A stretch of 39,495 bases of DNA from Craspedostauros australis. Taxonomy: Eukaryota. The notes under the pieces were generated by a model. That model saw only the letters and a program-made list of their open reading frames with translations. It was not told the DNA's origin and searched no databases. Numbering within the stretch: the stretch's first letter is position 1; the number at the start of each line of letters is the position of its first letter. The position numbers and the translations under genes are program-made. Positions 8,086 to 20,230 of the stretch are shown in pieces. The stretch covers positions 1 through 39,495 of the forward strand of contig JALAGF010003375.1 of NCBI GenBank assembly GCA_030167865.1, in the 5' to 3' direction.

Positions 8086-11058
8086 ATGGGATCCCTGAAC
8101 ATGATCTCCGCAACCACCATGGCGCTGATGTCATGGATGATGCTGACGATGAGCAGCACCTTCGTCAATGCGCAGCCGCCGCTGGAATATCTGGACCAGC
8201 CGGAAGACCTTTGGGAGCGACTCATCGACGGCACGCCATCCAACGGCAACCAGATCGTCATGGCCCCGGACAACGAGGCTCTCTACGTCACCACCGCCTC
8301 TGGCATCATCACAGCGCTGCTGCCGGACAACGGGTCTCCCATCGGCAAATTCGCGGTGCCCAGCAACGCCGCCGGTTGGGAGGTCTCCTGCCAGTCAGGC
8401 ATTGAGTTCCACTACGATCCAATGTCGGGCGAGGATCCTTACTTCGTCTTCACCGTCATCGACAGTCCGCCATTCGGAAGCGCCGCCTCCGACAGAAAAC
8501 AAAGGTCAGTGCTGTCATCTGTTGCGATGCGTGTGCTGCGGAGTGCGATCGGTGCGGTGTTGTCCTTTATGCTCGCTCCGATGGGACCCGCAAGCGTGGA
8601 GCATTGCAAAGTAGTGTGTTATAATATATTATACGAGTCTACCTCCCAGTGCTGCCAAAAGTGCCCACCAAACCAATACAGCAGCAATACATCATGCCAA
8701 ACCAAACTAGCGCTCACAAATTCAATCACTCACTTGTTCACTCTGTCCTTCATTCAATTTCAAATCCCCCGCACCGCGCCACACCACGCCACACTCCACT
8801 TTCGCTATCACCAATGTCATTCCCACCATCTCAATCACAATCATGAACGACGATGGTACAACATTCACGACATATCATATCATACCATACCATATCATGC
8901 CGCATCATATGTATTCGTACCATACACAGCCGTGTTTTCGCCTTCAACCACTTAATTGTGGATGGGAAAGCATCGCTGGACACCCCGCGATGGACCTCGC
9001 CCGCACTAGAGGGCGTCGCGGCCGGAACCCCCATCATCTCCACAAATGGTCTCTACGTTTACATCACCACCACTTCGCAGGCCTTCGAAACGGCGGCGCC
9101 AACGTCCACTCCCAGCGACATGCCATCTACCGTGCCTTCTTCCATACCTTCCGCTCAGCCATCCTCCACCCCAAGCAAATCCCCCTCCCAATCTCCCACC
9201 ATCGCCACCCAATCCCCAACGCAATCATCCGGCGGCGGCGCGCGCCGTCATCTCCAGGGCGGTCCCGCCGTTGACGAGATTATCGGTTTCTTCACAATGC
9301 TCGTCGACGCCAACAATGGCACAGGCGGCACCATCGGCTTTCAGAGTGCATCCAACGAAGGCGGTGTCGTGCCCAATCACAACTATGGCCCGCTCGCCAT
9401 TGCCAGAAACGTCACCGAAGGAAATTACCTGGGCGGCGCTGGCAACACCAACGACGTGCTCGTGTGGCACTCATTGTCCGATCCGTTCAAGGCACCAACG
9501 GACCCGTTCACAAGTGAGACGCGGCTCTTTCAGCTTCCAGTGGAATTCGATGGCACCAACACTGATATTCTTGAGGTCATCGTCCTCAACCAACGCCCAT
9601 GGGTCACGGCAGCGGCACCGGCCATCACCTCCGACGGACAGAGGCTCTTCATCGGAGCCACGGAATCCATCATCCACGGTTGGGTCAACGGCCGTTCCCT
9701 CGATCTCCTGCCCAACTTCGAGGTGGAACTCTCTGACGATGGATCGGAAGCTGCACCTCCCAACAGGCCGGTGCTCTCCGTGGACGAACAACTTATCTTC
9801 ATTGCACCGCAGTTTAGACATTTCCAGGCTATCAACATCTCGACGCAGCAAATCGCTTGGAGCACCATCGGCCTCCTGCCAGAAACGGTGCAGACTGATG
9901 CCGTCATCAGCCCCGACGGACTCCATGTTTACTTTTGCAGCGGTAACAGGGTCTACGCCGTGGAAGCTACCACCGGTGATGATGTCTGGACCACTCCCTC
10001 CTACGCCCTCACCCTCGCTCCCGGCAGAATCCTCAGCGCGGACTTCACCCTCAGCGTGGATGGTCGCATCATGTACATCGCAGGAATCAGAACCAACACG
10101 GTCATCGCGATGCGTCTTGCCAGCATGCCGTTGGTGACTGAAATGCCGTCGGCAATGCCAACCACCAGCTCGCCAACCATCACCGCATCACCAACCGGTT
10201 CCGCTGCTCCAACATCCAGCTCTGCGCCCTCCTGGATCCCATCCGACATGCCGTCCATGGTGCCAACAGAGACGGTAGTGACGGCCTCGCCATCGGCCAA
10301 TCCAGCAGCCGCAACGACTGCACCGACATCCGCACCAACACGTGCCCCCGTCGTCCCCACATCCCCACCAACAGGAGAACCCGGATCAAGTGACGACGAT
10401 GGTCCTAACATTGGCATCATCATCGGAGCCGTCGTGGGAGGAGTGGTCCTCATCGGTGTCTGTGTCTTTGCTTTCTTCGCATTGTCGGGTCGAACTGGAG
10501 GCGGCGGCGGTGGTGGCCGTCGCAACTCCGATCACGAGAATGCCTATGCGCAAGACGACGCAGGCAACTACGGCGCCAGCGCGTACGTCACTGGCGGAGA
10601 CAGCGGAGGCCAGGCCAGCCAGCGAATGCCATACCCACCGGCCGGTGGCGGTGACGACGACGATGGCGACGACGCCGCAGCTCGCGAACGTGCCAGCAAC
10701 AACGGAGGAACGGCGGGACAGGGCGGTGCGTCCAGCCAACGCCGTCCATACCCAGTCGGTCAACAGGCAACAAGTCGCCCGGCAGCTCCCCCAAGGGCCG
10801 AGCCGCCCATACAGCAATCCGCACCGGCCCAATCCTACGAACAGCTGCAGCAGCAACAACAGGAGTACTACCAACAGCGGCAGATGCAGCAGGGACATCC
10901 TGGACAGGGCCAGGCCGGAGTACCGCCCGTGAGTTCCTGTGCTTTGTGTGAAGTGAATCGTCATGACTGTATCCGCCAAGTGATCTCACTCTTCTCAATT
11001 TCTTTTTCCTCTTTCATTATGCACGCATGAATTGCACTCGCAGTGGACCCAGCAATAG
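8086..11058 (+). CDS. Type I membrane/cell-surface protein: signal peptide, PQQ/WD-like beta-propeller, PTS-rich stalk, TM helix, Gly/Gln-rich cytosolic tail (~810 aa, 3 exons)
   Basis: Exons 8086-8504, 8930-10928 and 11044-11058. Introns GTCAGT..CAG (8505-8929, phase 2) and GTGAGT..CAG (10929-11043, phase 0) join in frame to 2433 nt. Signal peptide ends TFVNA-Q. Blade-like repeats: MAPDNEALYV, ISTNGLYVYI, ITSDGQRLFI, LSVDEQLIFI, ISPDGLHVYF, LSVDGRIMYI. TM segment IGIIIGAVVGGVVLIGVCVFAFFAL. Confidence 0.85.
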
Positions 11059-11187
11059 GCATCCTTCGTCGTACACGAAGATCCATCAATCAAGTCTATT
11101 CTACTTTCCTTTACTTCATTCCGTACGTTTTGGTACGCAACATAGCAATTAACATCAACAGTAACGCCGTTGTCTACTATATTAGTT

Positions 11188-12984
11188 TTACTCGCATGTC
11201 CCCTCTTGCTGCTGCAGTCTTCGCCTCCGCCCACGGCGCGATACGGCAACCGTCTTCTGCGAGTCCTTGTCGCCATGCGACCAATGCGCCAGCTCCAAGC
11301 TGGCAGCCACGAAATGAATGAGTTTGCGTTTTCGACCGCCCATCCTTGTGGGGAACACAAAGACCGAGTCCGATTCTGGCGGGTTCTCAATCTTGAAGTC
11401 TTCCAAGCGCTTGCGGATCTCCCCTTCTTCCTGCGCTGTCCAGTCGATGCTGTTGAGATCAACAGTGCCTCCACTGGATGCCGCCGGACGCAACAGATGA
11501 TCGACAGTCAGCTGGATGTCCGCCTGACACTCATCATCTGACGGAAGGTGGTGCGAGACCTGCCCATCTTCGTCTCGCCACGCCAGTAGAATGTCATTCT
11601 TTGGAGTTGCCTCCCAAGGTTCCATCCTCGTCAACGCGGTCCTGTATCCATACTGCTCCTCCAAGAACAACCGCCGATCCGTCTCCAGCAACGCCTTGGC
11701 CGTGCGACGGGCTGCATTGCGACTCGTACGGCATTCCTCCAGCTGGCTGTAGTCGGCGGCTTTGGCCAATGCTGCCCAATCCTGCTCCCACGGCGTGTCC
11801 GTGATGGCATCGTCCTGAATGGACGCTTTGGCGGATTGTTGGTCGTTGTTCTTTTTGTCCACAGCATCTTGTTTCTGCACAGCTCCCGTGTCCTGCTTCG
11901 CCAACAGCTGGCAAAAAAGCTGCGATTGCGGATATGTGATGCTGGGAATATTCGATCCGGTGGCCTGCCACACGTACGGATTCTTTGCGAAGACGGACGT
12001 CTTGCCCACGCAGCACGGCGCAAAGACCAGCGCGGATGTCTTCTGCTCACCCGCCAGACGGAATGCGGCATCTGTCGCCTCACCACAGAGATGCAAAGCG
12101 ATTCCCATGTCGAAGTGAATATTCGCGAAGGATTGAAGCGGCCCGAAGTAGGTGAATAGATTGGAAATGCCTTCGCAAGGCTGCAATGTTTCCTTCTCCA
12201 ACGTGATGTCCACTTTGGTTTTGCGCAATGGCGGTGCGTGGCGATGGTTTGATTCACTTGCAACGTCTAAATTGACGTCTCGATTGCAGTGCGATGCTTT
12301 GACGTGACAGAGCTTCAGCGAATGTTCTCCTAAGTCCACGACTATGATTCGGGCAGTGGGAAGCAACAGGGCGAGAGGTATTCCCAGACTTCCGGAGCCG
12401 CCACCGAAGTCCACGATGGTGTAGCCTGGCGAGGCATGTGGATGCGTTGGTTGTTTGCTCGATGTATGGTCATCGAGGTTGGTGGTGTTCGGGCGCGTAG
12501 TTGCTTCGTCCGCTTGGCTTAGTGGAGACTGTCTCTGCACTCCTCCTATTGCTCGCACATGTGCTCCACCTTGCTTGTTGTTGACATGATCCGGCAGCAA
12601 CGAAAAGATGCATCGCATCATGGAGTGCAGTTGCTGTTCCTTCTTCCGTGCCCTCTTCCAGCTCTTGAGCTGTCCCGGCAGATTGCCATACACCCGCGCA
12701 GTTGCCTGCAGCTCGTTGAATGGCCAGCATGGCGAATCTGCACCATCCACATCGTCATTTCTCTCGAGGTTGCTTGTTTCGACTTGGTGCATCGGCATCT
12801 TGGAATACGCGGGTTGGACCCTGGTGAGGAGGTTCGCAACAACCCGCTCGAACTGCTTCAGTCGGATGCCCTTGGCCTTGGCAATCCCCACAAGATCATT
12901 GATCCGCTGGTCTTTGCTCTCGCAGTCCAATTCACTCGCATCACGGCCACCCAAGGCGACGTGGGCATCTTCGAAAGCCGGCAT
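11188..12984 (-). CDS. GSTCD-like class I SAM-dependent methyltransferase (Methyltransf_32-type) with a C-terminal R3H-like domain
   Basis: Motif I IVDFGGGSG (12391-12417), ALHLCGEATD, APCCVGK, AKALLETDR and TPKNDIL. C-terminus FVFPTRMGGRKRKLIHFVAASLELAHWSHGDKDSQKTVAVSR. First in-frame ATG is 12984; the frame is open to 13068 and an upstream exon is possible. Confidence 0.82.
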   Translation of the reverse strand: MPAFEDAHVALGGRDASELDCESKDQRINDLVGIAKAKGIRLKQFERVVANLLTRVQPAYSKMPMHQVETSNLERNDDVDGADSPCWPFNELQATARVYGNLPGQLKSWKRARKKEQQLHSMMRCIFSLLPDHVNNKQGGAHVRAIGGVQRQSPLSQADEATTRPNTTNLDDHTSSKQPTHPHASPGYTIVDFGGGSGSLGIPLALLLPTARIIVVDLGEHSLKLCHVKASHCNRDVNLDVASESNHRHAPPLRKTKVDITLEKETLQPCEGISNLFTYFGPLQSFANIHFDMGIALHLCGEATDAAFRLAGEQKTSALVFAPCCVGKTSVFAKNPYVWQATGSNIPSITYPQSQLFCQLLAKQDTGAVQKQDAVDKKNNDQQSAKASIQDDAITDTPWEQDWAALAKAADYSQLEECRTSRNAARRTAKALLETDRRLFLEEQYGYRTALTRMEPWEATPKNDILLAWRDEDGQVSHHLPSDDECQADIQLTVDHLLRPAASSGGTVDLNSIDWTAQEEGEIRKRLEDFKIENPPESDSVFVFPTRMGGRKRKLIHFVAASLELAHWSHGDKDSQKTVAVSRRGRRRRLQQQEGTCE

Positions 12985-15819
12985 TCCGCACTGTGTCAAA
13001 CGGTTTCTGTAATGGAACGCGGTGGTCTCTTTGTCTTCAGATGAAGTACTATACACCGTGGAGCAACTTCATGAACGACAGGGTCCTCTACTCCTCAGGG
13101 CGAATAGGTGCGTTGACGCATTGGTCAGCGGATGATACCAACAATGATGATGATGATGATGCGTGACATGATCGCCTCGGCACATCAATGATTTGTTCTT
13201 CCGCATCATTTGGTGGTTGGGACTGGATCGTGGAAGAGACCTTCAATCGTGAACGATCGAAAACGAGTCCCAATGCAGTCACATGGGTCATCTGAGTACG
13301 GCATGAGTGACAAGAATGCGCGTCGACCATGATGCGGAATCGCGGCAGCCACGACACAAACCGAAGAGAGCACCACAAGTTCGCTTGGCCATCCCGCCAC
13401 AGCTCTTGTGAAGAAAGACATCGAATTTCGGTCCAGGGTCTGGGTTCGTGGCTGCTCTCTGGTCGCATGTCTCGCTTGCTGGTGTCGCCACAGGTGTGTA
13501 CCGTGCAACTATTATACTTCCAAATACTCGACAAGGATTGCAGCTCGCATGGTACTCCACTCCACGAGCATAATTGTGCGGATCGTACGAGCACGATACA
13601 AGCCACACTTACTCTGCAAGTGCCATTTCACGGTGGGTGAACTTTTTGGAACTTTTGCACTTTGAAGCTGGGGTTGCACTTCAGCAATCATGCGGCAATC
13701 CAGGAGGGAAGCGCTACAATGGAGAACCATGGCTGCAAGAAGTACACGACACTTGCTCATGTCAAAGCAGCGTCACAGGTGTGTCACAGGATCAGCCCAG
13801 GCAACCAGCGGCACCGCCGAGAGAGCTGCGCGAAGAATGAGGTCAGCAACGATGAAGGAAGAGGCAACCTTCACAGACACAGAACTCCGGGCATCAAACT
13901 GCAACCTGCAACCTGCGAAAGTTGCAGTTGGACAGAACATTACGCACGCACGAGTCACGGAATACTCCCAGGCATGTGATGAACATCGACATGGTTCAAG
14001 TTCAATTTGTCTGTGTAGTTCCAGAAACAACTTGCTGGTTCGTCTTCGCAAGCAACAGGAAACGATCGTTGGCGCAATCGAATACTGTACAGTAGGTCAG
14101 CAGCTTTTGCCAACCGTTGTTACGGAACTTGTTGAAGCAACGCCGAAGGCCCTCCCCCACGGCGCCAAACGCAACTTACATCCGCAGAACAGAACGACGG
14201 CAAGAAGGCAGCAATGAAGTACGAGGTATGCATGGTGCGCACGGCACCGGATTCAAGGGCATGTCATAGTTGCTACATGCATATGCTGACACATGTTCGT
14301 AGCTTGTGTCCATGCCGCGTGAGTCCATGCGCTTGCGACCACTCGCGTCGTCACCGTTCACTACCGCTGCCACGCAACCTTCGACATGGCCAGAATGCTT
14401 GACAGAAGACGAAGAATGCGAAGTAGGAAACAGAATGCGAAGAACCACCCGAACACGAAACAGGATATTCGCAATCCAGAGAGGGATGGCGAAGTTCTCA
14501 TCAACTCACCTTGAGCACCCAACATCCCGGGCCCCAAAGCGCAATGGACGTTTCCCATCCAGACACGAAGAGGAAGAGAGAAACTTCATCCACTTCCATT
14601 GTTCCGTATCTTGGGAGACACAAGAGTGGGGGATCCTATTCGAGAGCACCACACGTACATGCTCTACACCCTCTCTTGGGTCTTCTGCTCGTCTTCACGT
14701 GATATTCGATCCCTCCGAGGCCAACGCTGCTCTAGATTCGGATAGTAATCTCGCAATTCTAACTTTTCCATTGCTTTGCCATACGAATATTCATTGAATA
14801 ATACAATACGTGCCTATCGCACGCATTGGCAGAGTATACAATTGCATCACCAGTACAAAGCACCAACAAATTACACCAGCACGTGGAGACATGGGGCATG
14901 TACCATAGGGGCTTCACCGTCCGCAGAGATCTGTCATGACATGCACGATACATACCATACCATACTATACCATGGCAACACCTGCAGAACTATCCTGTAC
15001 TACTATGAGCGCAAACCGCACAAGGGGGTGCATGATAACAGCCCCTCCAGTAACGCTGTTGATGTCTACACTTGCCTGGACATCATGGCCTCGTCGTTTT
15101 ACAGACCTTGTGGTGGCGGCGCAGGTCACAAGGCCCCTTGGGTTGGGCCATTAGTCACTTCAATCACCACTGCTTCCGCTGCCAACTCTTCACATGGCCA
15201 TGGCGTGCCCAGACTTCTCTCTCCTTCTCTTCTTGCTCTCGCGTTGTTGGCTGCTCATGGCTCTTGCACGGAAATAGCACACAAAGGCACAACACGGTTC
15301 GTCACCTCTTGGCTGCATTGGAGAACCTCTCCTGGGCGTTCTGTCTTCTTGATCCCGGATTTGCGTGGTACGTCATCAATCACAGGTTTTCGAACAGGAC
15401 AAATTGCACCTTTAGGAGCAGAAGACGCTTCATGTCAAAACGTGTGACAAAGAGGTCATCTCTTGGATGGGGCCTCCTCTTGTGGAGTTCCGTACAGCCC
15501 AACACGAACCCCATCCAATCGCCACGATGCAAACAGGACAGCACTCCCACCCAGACGCGAAGGATGAGGGGAGGGACTCGTGACGACCTTGCTGAGCAAA
15601 ATCGACACTCCTCGGAAGCAGATACCCACTCACAAAAAGCAGCCTCGCCCAAACCAAAACCGCCCAAAGACCCACATTAATTCAACCTAACAGCATTCCA
15701 AACACATTGAACGCACCCACCACCGCAACAGAGAGATAGAAGCAGGGAAGCAGCGAACATACGCTTTGAACATACATACCAAACACACTTGCCAGGTCAT
15801 ACTCGCACACGCACACAAG

Positions 15820-16239
15820 ATGGGAGATTCCAATCTCAACGGGCCCGCCTCTGGAAGCAGCAGTAGCTGCCAGCCGGGCAACATCCCGCTCAACGACTCG
15901 TCAGCCGTATCCCAGACCCAGCCAATCCACACGCATGTACACATGGGATCGCAATCGTTGCTACGGTACTGGGGATCGTCCAGTGTCCACAGTTTCCCAC
16001 ACTTGGGTGAAAGCGGCGCAAGCACGAGCCAATCGGAGATGCCATCCAGGCACCCTGTATGCTGTCCTTCGAAGGGTGGGGGCGTGCCATGGACAGCGAT
16101 GGGCAACGCACAAGCAGCCTCAAGCGACCGGACGACCCAGATCATCGACATTCTGGATTCTGTTCTGGATATCCTGAACGATGAAGACGATGGCTGTGAC
16201 GATGGTATTGACGATGAGTTGCTTCACTTCCTGGGATGA
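15820..16239 (+). CDS. Small disordered protein (139 aa) with C-terminal acidic amphipathic helix motif IIDILDSVLDIL (family member A)
   Basis: ATG 15820 follows a CA-rich leader. Ser/Gly/Pro/Gln-rich body. The terminal motif is shared with the ORFs at 18711 and 31150. Confidence 0.65.
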   Translation: MGDSNLNGPASGSSSSCQPGNIPLNDSSAVSQTQPIHTHVHMGSQSLLRYWGSSSVHSFPHLGESGASTSQSEMPSRHPVCCPSKGGGVPWTAMGNAQAASSDRTTQIIDILDSVLDILNDEDDGCDDGIDDELLHFLG

Positions 16240-18710
16240 TCTGATTCGCTTGATCGATATCTGTACGCAACCCACCAGCTGTATCATGCGTACGGATACG
16301 AGTGCAATACTTACATCGACACCCCTCGAGCAACGTGGCAGCACCCAAGAGCAATCCCATGCAATCTGTGGGAGCTTTCCGTCGATTTTGCCAGATCCAT
16401 CTTCCGGATACCATGGGACCAGATGGAGCGAGATGACGGTATCGACACGAACGCTACCAACACCGCCGCTGGTACAATGCACAGATTGTGGGCACTTTGC
16501 CCAAGAAGGAAATCCCTCAGACTGGGACACAGAACGAGAGTGATAGCGACAGCAAAGACGAAGACCAGGAAGTCATGGCATGTACAGTATACATACCCTA
16601 CACAATCTGTCTGTTAAATAATGCATAGTCAAACACGACGTACAATAATAGAATACGATGTATTATAATAGAATAGAATATAACCGCATAGTGTCATTTT
16701 TCGCAATAGCATAGCACGCGCAATAGGCATGGGAGTAGTAACATTGTACGCACTGTGCCATGCTCGTTGATATCGGAATGGTTCGAATCCGTACTCTGGA
16801 AAAATGCCATACCAACATGAACGAGGAATGGCATTGGTGAACCGACGCGCGATCTTGTCGTGGCCACTCGAGCCCTCCCACCAGGCCTCATGCGTCGAGG
16901 ATAAGGAGACCATACATGTACTCTCCTATGAGCTATTATACATACCATACTCCACGCACCGTACAAATACTGTACGAATGCTATACGAATGCCCAACGCT
17001 GGATGCTATCAATGCCGGTATCACTGCAACATGATCAATCCTTCTGCTGGAGTCTACTCATTGACTGCACTTCACTGGCTCGTACTGTGGCACTCCGCCC
17101 CAAGGGCGCGGACTGCTCTGGGCGCAAATAGCAACACGCATGCAGAGGCTTCGTGGTAGGCTCCATGCGGAAGGCAGAACGTCATCCTTGTCTGTGATTG
17201 ATGTTGAAGCTTGCGGCCAGGGGGTGTACGTATGGGCTTCGATGCTGGGCGCGGAATGGTACCTCGTTTGAATCCAGCATCGCACACGCAGCAGAGGAGA
17301 CTTGTTTGTGCCTTCCTCTCTCTCTCTCTCTCTGCGAAGAAAGCAAGAGAGCTCTCTGTGCTGTGCGATTAGCTGGTGCGATGGCTTGTGCACCATCGAC
17401 CAATACTCCACCGTCGGTCGCGCGCCGCTCTTGACCGTCAGCACATCGCAGCCGCGGATACGCACACCATGCTGATGACGACACGAGAGTGGCCACCCGC
17501 CCCTCCCTAGCTCGCAGTAGTTGGTCGTACCGTGACCCTGCAATCACGAAATCTCTGCCGCCATCTCTCTGATCCGCACTGCTGACGGACTGATCCAAGT
17601 TGAAGATGTGCAGAACACTGGACAAATTGAGACAAATGTGGGAAGAATCGGTCTTGGGGGAGCCTTTTTCTTCGGACCTCGCGTCCAAAGTGTTTGTTCA
17701 CACGGCGCAGATAATTTCGGGAGATAAGAGGACCTCGCAAGAGAAGTGACGAATGGTGCGCAACTTCTGTCCCACTCTCACTCTTTCTATTTCTCTTCAC
17801 TCGGGTTTCTGTGGCAAGCGACATTGTTCGGGTTGTGCGTTTCTCCATGTTCTCCGCGTCGCGTGGGCTCTCCCTCATGCCATACTTGTTGAATTGTTCG
17901 CGACTGCCACAGCGTTCTGGTTCCCTGGGACGTGGTTGTGACTTCTCTCTGGGAGACACACTAGCCTAGTTGTTGCTTTGGAGCAGTACCGAATGGAAAT
18001 TTGGCCCCACCACCAGCGTTCCTTCCGCGAACATTCGTGACCACGAAGTGTCACTTAGGCTATAATTCGTCCCAGAAAAGAACATGGAGGCTTTGTTCGA
18101 AGCAGATGGCCGAAAAGGCAGTTGGTGGATGCTCATGAGAACCGGAAAAGACACGCACTGCCCACTTCGCGCCTTGCCGATTCTGACGATGGAGGGAGAG
18201 AGACGGGCACAACCACACTTTCTCCACGCTGGACCGCAGCACGACCGCAGCACGCGAGCCACAGGTCGGAGATCGTAGGCAGCTCGTGCCTGCTGGTATC
18301 ATGTGTACAACAAGAACAGCCACTGGCGCCCGTTGGTGCCTTGCGAGAGAGAAGCAAGACATGTCAACGCGCCCTTTGACTCGTTCTGTGCACACCATCG
18401 TGCCATGGCCCGTACTCTGCACATGTGCCTTCTTCAGACACTCGACAGATGCGACAAATCAAAGCAGAGACGAAAAAGGGAGCAGAAATGCGAACTGACA
18501 ACCACAGGGCAGAGACGCGACATGGGAGGCTGGCCATTTGAGGCATTCTGGCGCCACCTCTCCTTGGAGCCATAATTTCAGAACAGACAGAAAGGACAAC
18601 AACAACATCAAGCACATTGGGCATCCATCACGCATCGCGAAACACCAACCAAACCCAACACCAGCACTCGACGCAACACAGCACTTATTGACATCATACA
18701 ACATCACACC

Positions 18711-19115
18711 ATGACATACCACAAGCAAGCGCAGCAGCAGACCAACATCGTGGCTCTCATGGCCTCGGCATCTCAGAACCGCCACATGCTCCCATCTCGG
18801 TCGTTGCCACCATCGTCACAGTCTCCGTCCTCTCCGCAATCAGCGCATCGAGGGGAGTACAGAAGGAGCATGCAGATCCCCGCCTCCTTGGCATCTGGAT
18901 TGTACCCTTCAAGAGGAGCACCAGCGCACTCGTTGTTCTCATCTCCAACGCCAATGTCACCTCTGTTCTTGGCATCGGGCGACTCCCAAGCAGCCACCGT
19001 GAGCTCGCAGCGAGCTCTGCTCATCGACACCATCGATGATGTTCTGCACTTGATCCAGGAGGACCAGGACTCGCTGTGCTCCCCCACCGACGCGATCGAT
19101 CAGCTGCTGCAATAA
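18711..19115 (+). CDS. Small disordered protein (134 aa) with C-terminal motif LIDTIDDVLHLI (family member B)
   Basis: ATG follows a CA-rich leader. Ser/Pro-rich body with the shared terminal motif. The stop overlaps AATAAA. Confidence 0.68.
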   Translation: MTYHKQAQQQTNIVALMASASQNRHMLPSRSLPPSSQSPSSPQSAHRGEYRRSMQIPASLASGLYPSRGAPAHSLFSSPTPMSPLFLASGDSQAATVSSQRALLIDTIDDVLHLIQEDQDSLCSPTDAIDQLLQ

Positions 19116-20190
19116 AGTGGCCGTCGATGCCTGCGCTCTACGTTTCGAGGGCAGCAACCACAACGGCGCACTGCGTCAACACAATCACAAGCGCAACGCC
19201 GTGTGCATGCACACACACACGTCCGCGCCTCCAGACTTTAGATGCGTGTACGATGCGCCACAATCGACCTGGTGCTCCAGGTCTTCTCACCAATGTACGA
19301 ATAACAAAAGACCAACCTACCGGCCGGCCGGCTGACTCATGGACGAGTCCACCACCAGCAACAAACTGGAGCCGAGACAGAGCCAAACGAAGCCAGACGG
19401 ATGTATTCTGTACCATACGATAAGGAGGATTTGATGAACTCCATCGAACCAGACCACAAGAGAGAGCGCAACTTGCAAAGGTGCCTCATCCAATAACTTG
19501 CATAGACCACCAATAGATACACCCCATGAATACACTACTTTTCAATGCTGGCACTCTACTCGTACGTACACAATACGCAGCTCAGTACAACACGGCACCA
19601 CACGCACACCATGCGCTGCACTACTTCGCCTTTTCCTACGTTCGACATCCATCGCATTCATCCATCGCATTGGACCGCCGCTCCAGGTCGTTCCTCTTCT
19701 GCTGATAAAGTCGCGACACGCATGGTTTCGGGCGAAATCACAAGGGTCACGGGAACGTGGAACAGCAAATACGAACCAAGAGGGAGAGGTGAGATTCACT
19801 TCCTTTCCTTTCCGTTCATTTGGGCTTGTTTATACGAAACCCACGACCGCCAACGGCATCACAACCAAGCCTTTCGCCCTGCCTGGTCACTCCAGATATC
19901 CCTCTTCCGTGAGGTTTCTGCGTGTTGGCGGAGCGTAACTCGTACACGTAGACGACTTGTTCGCATTGGTGCTGCACTGGCGTCATGGGTACAAGCATGC
20001 GTGAAGAGAATGGCGCAGCGGATGCGCAGCGCGTCGCCGCGGAGTGGATGGGTCTTCCAATGACTCCCTTTCCCGCGGACACTTCAGGTAGAATCGTGGG
20101 AGAGCGTGGGTGATGGTTCTGGAGGTCCAACGTCCACGGCAGAAAGAGGCCAATGAAGTTCGCTTTGACGGTGGCGTCCAACGCGGAGGT

Positions 20191-20230
20191 GTTTGTGAGC
20201 CCATGTTGAATTCAACATTCGCTCACGAAT
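20191..20230. repeat. 40-bp imperfect palindrome with a perfect 16-bp core ATGTTGAATTCAACAT
   Basis: Core 20203-20218 is self-complementary; flanking GTGAGC (20195-20200) pairs with GCTCAC (20221-20226). Confidence 0.85.

Noticed and set aside
8505-8929. His-rich C-terminal half of ORF 7963-8955 and the CATAY pentamer run near 8870-8900
   Set aside because: Lies within the predicted intron; the translation reflects CA-rich low-complexity intron sequence.
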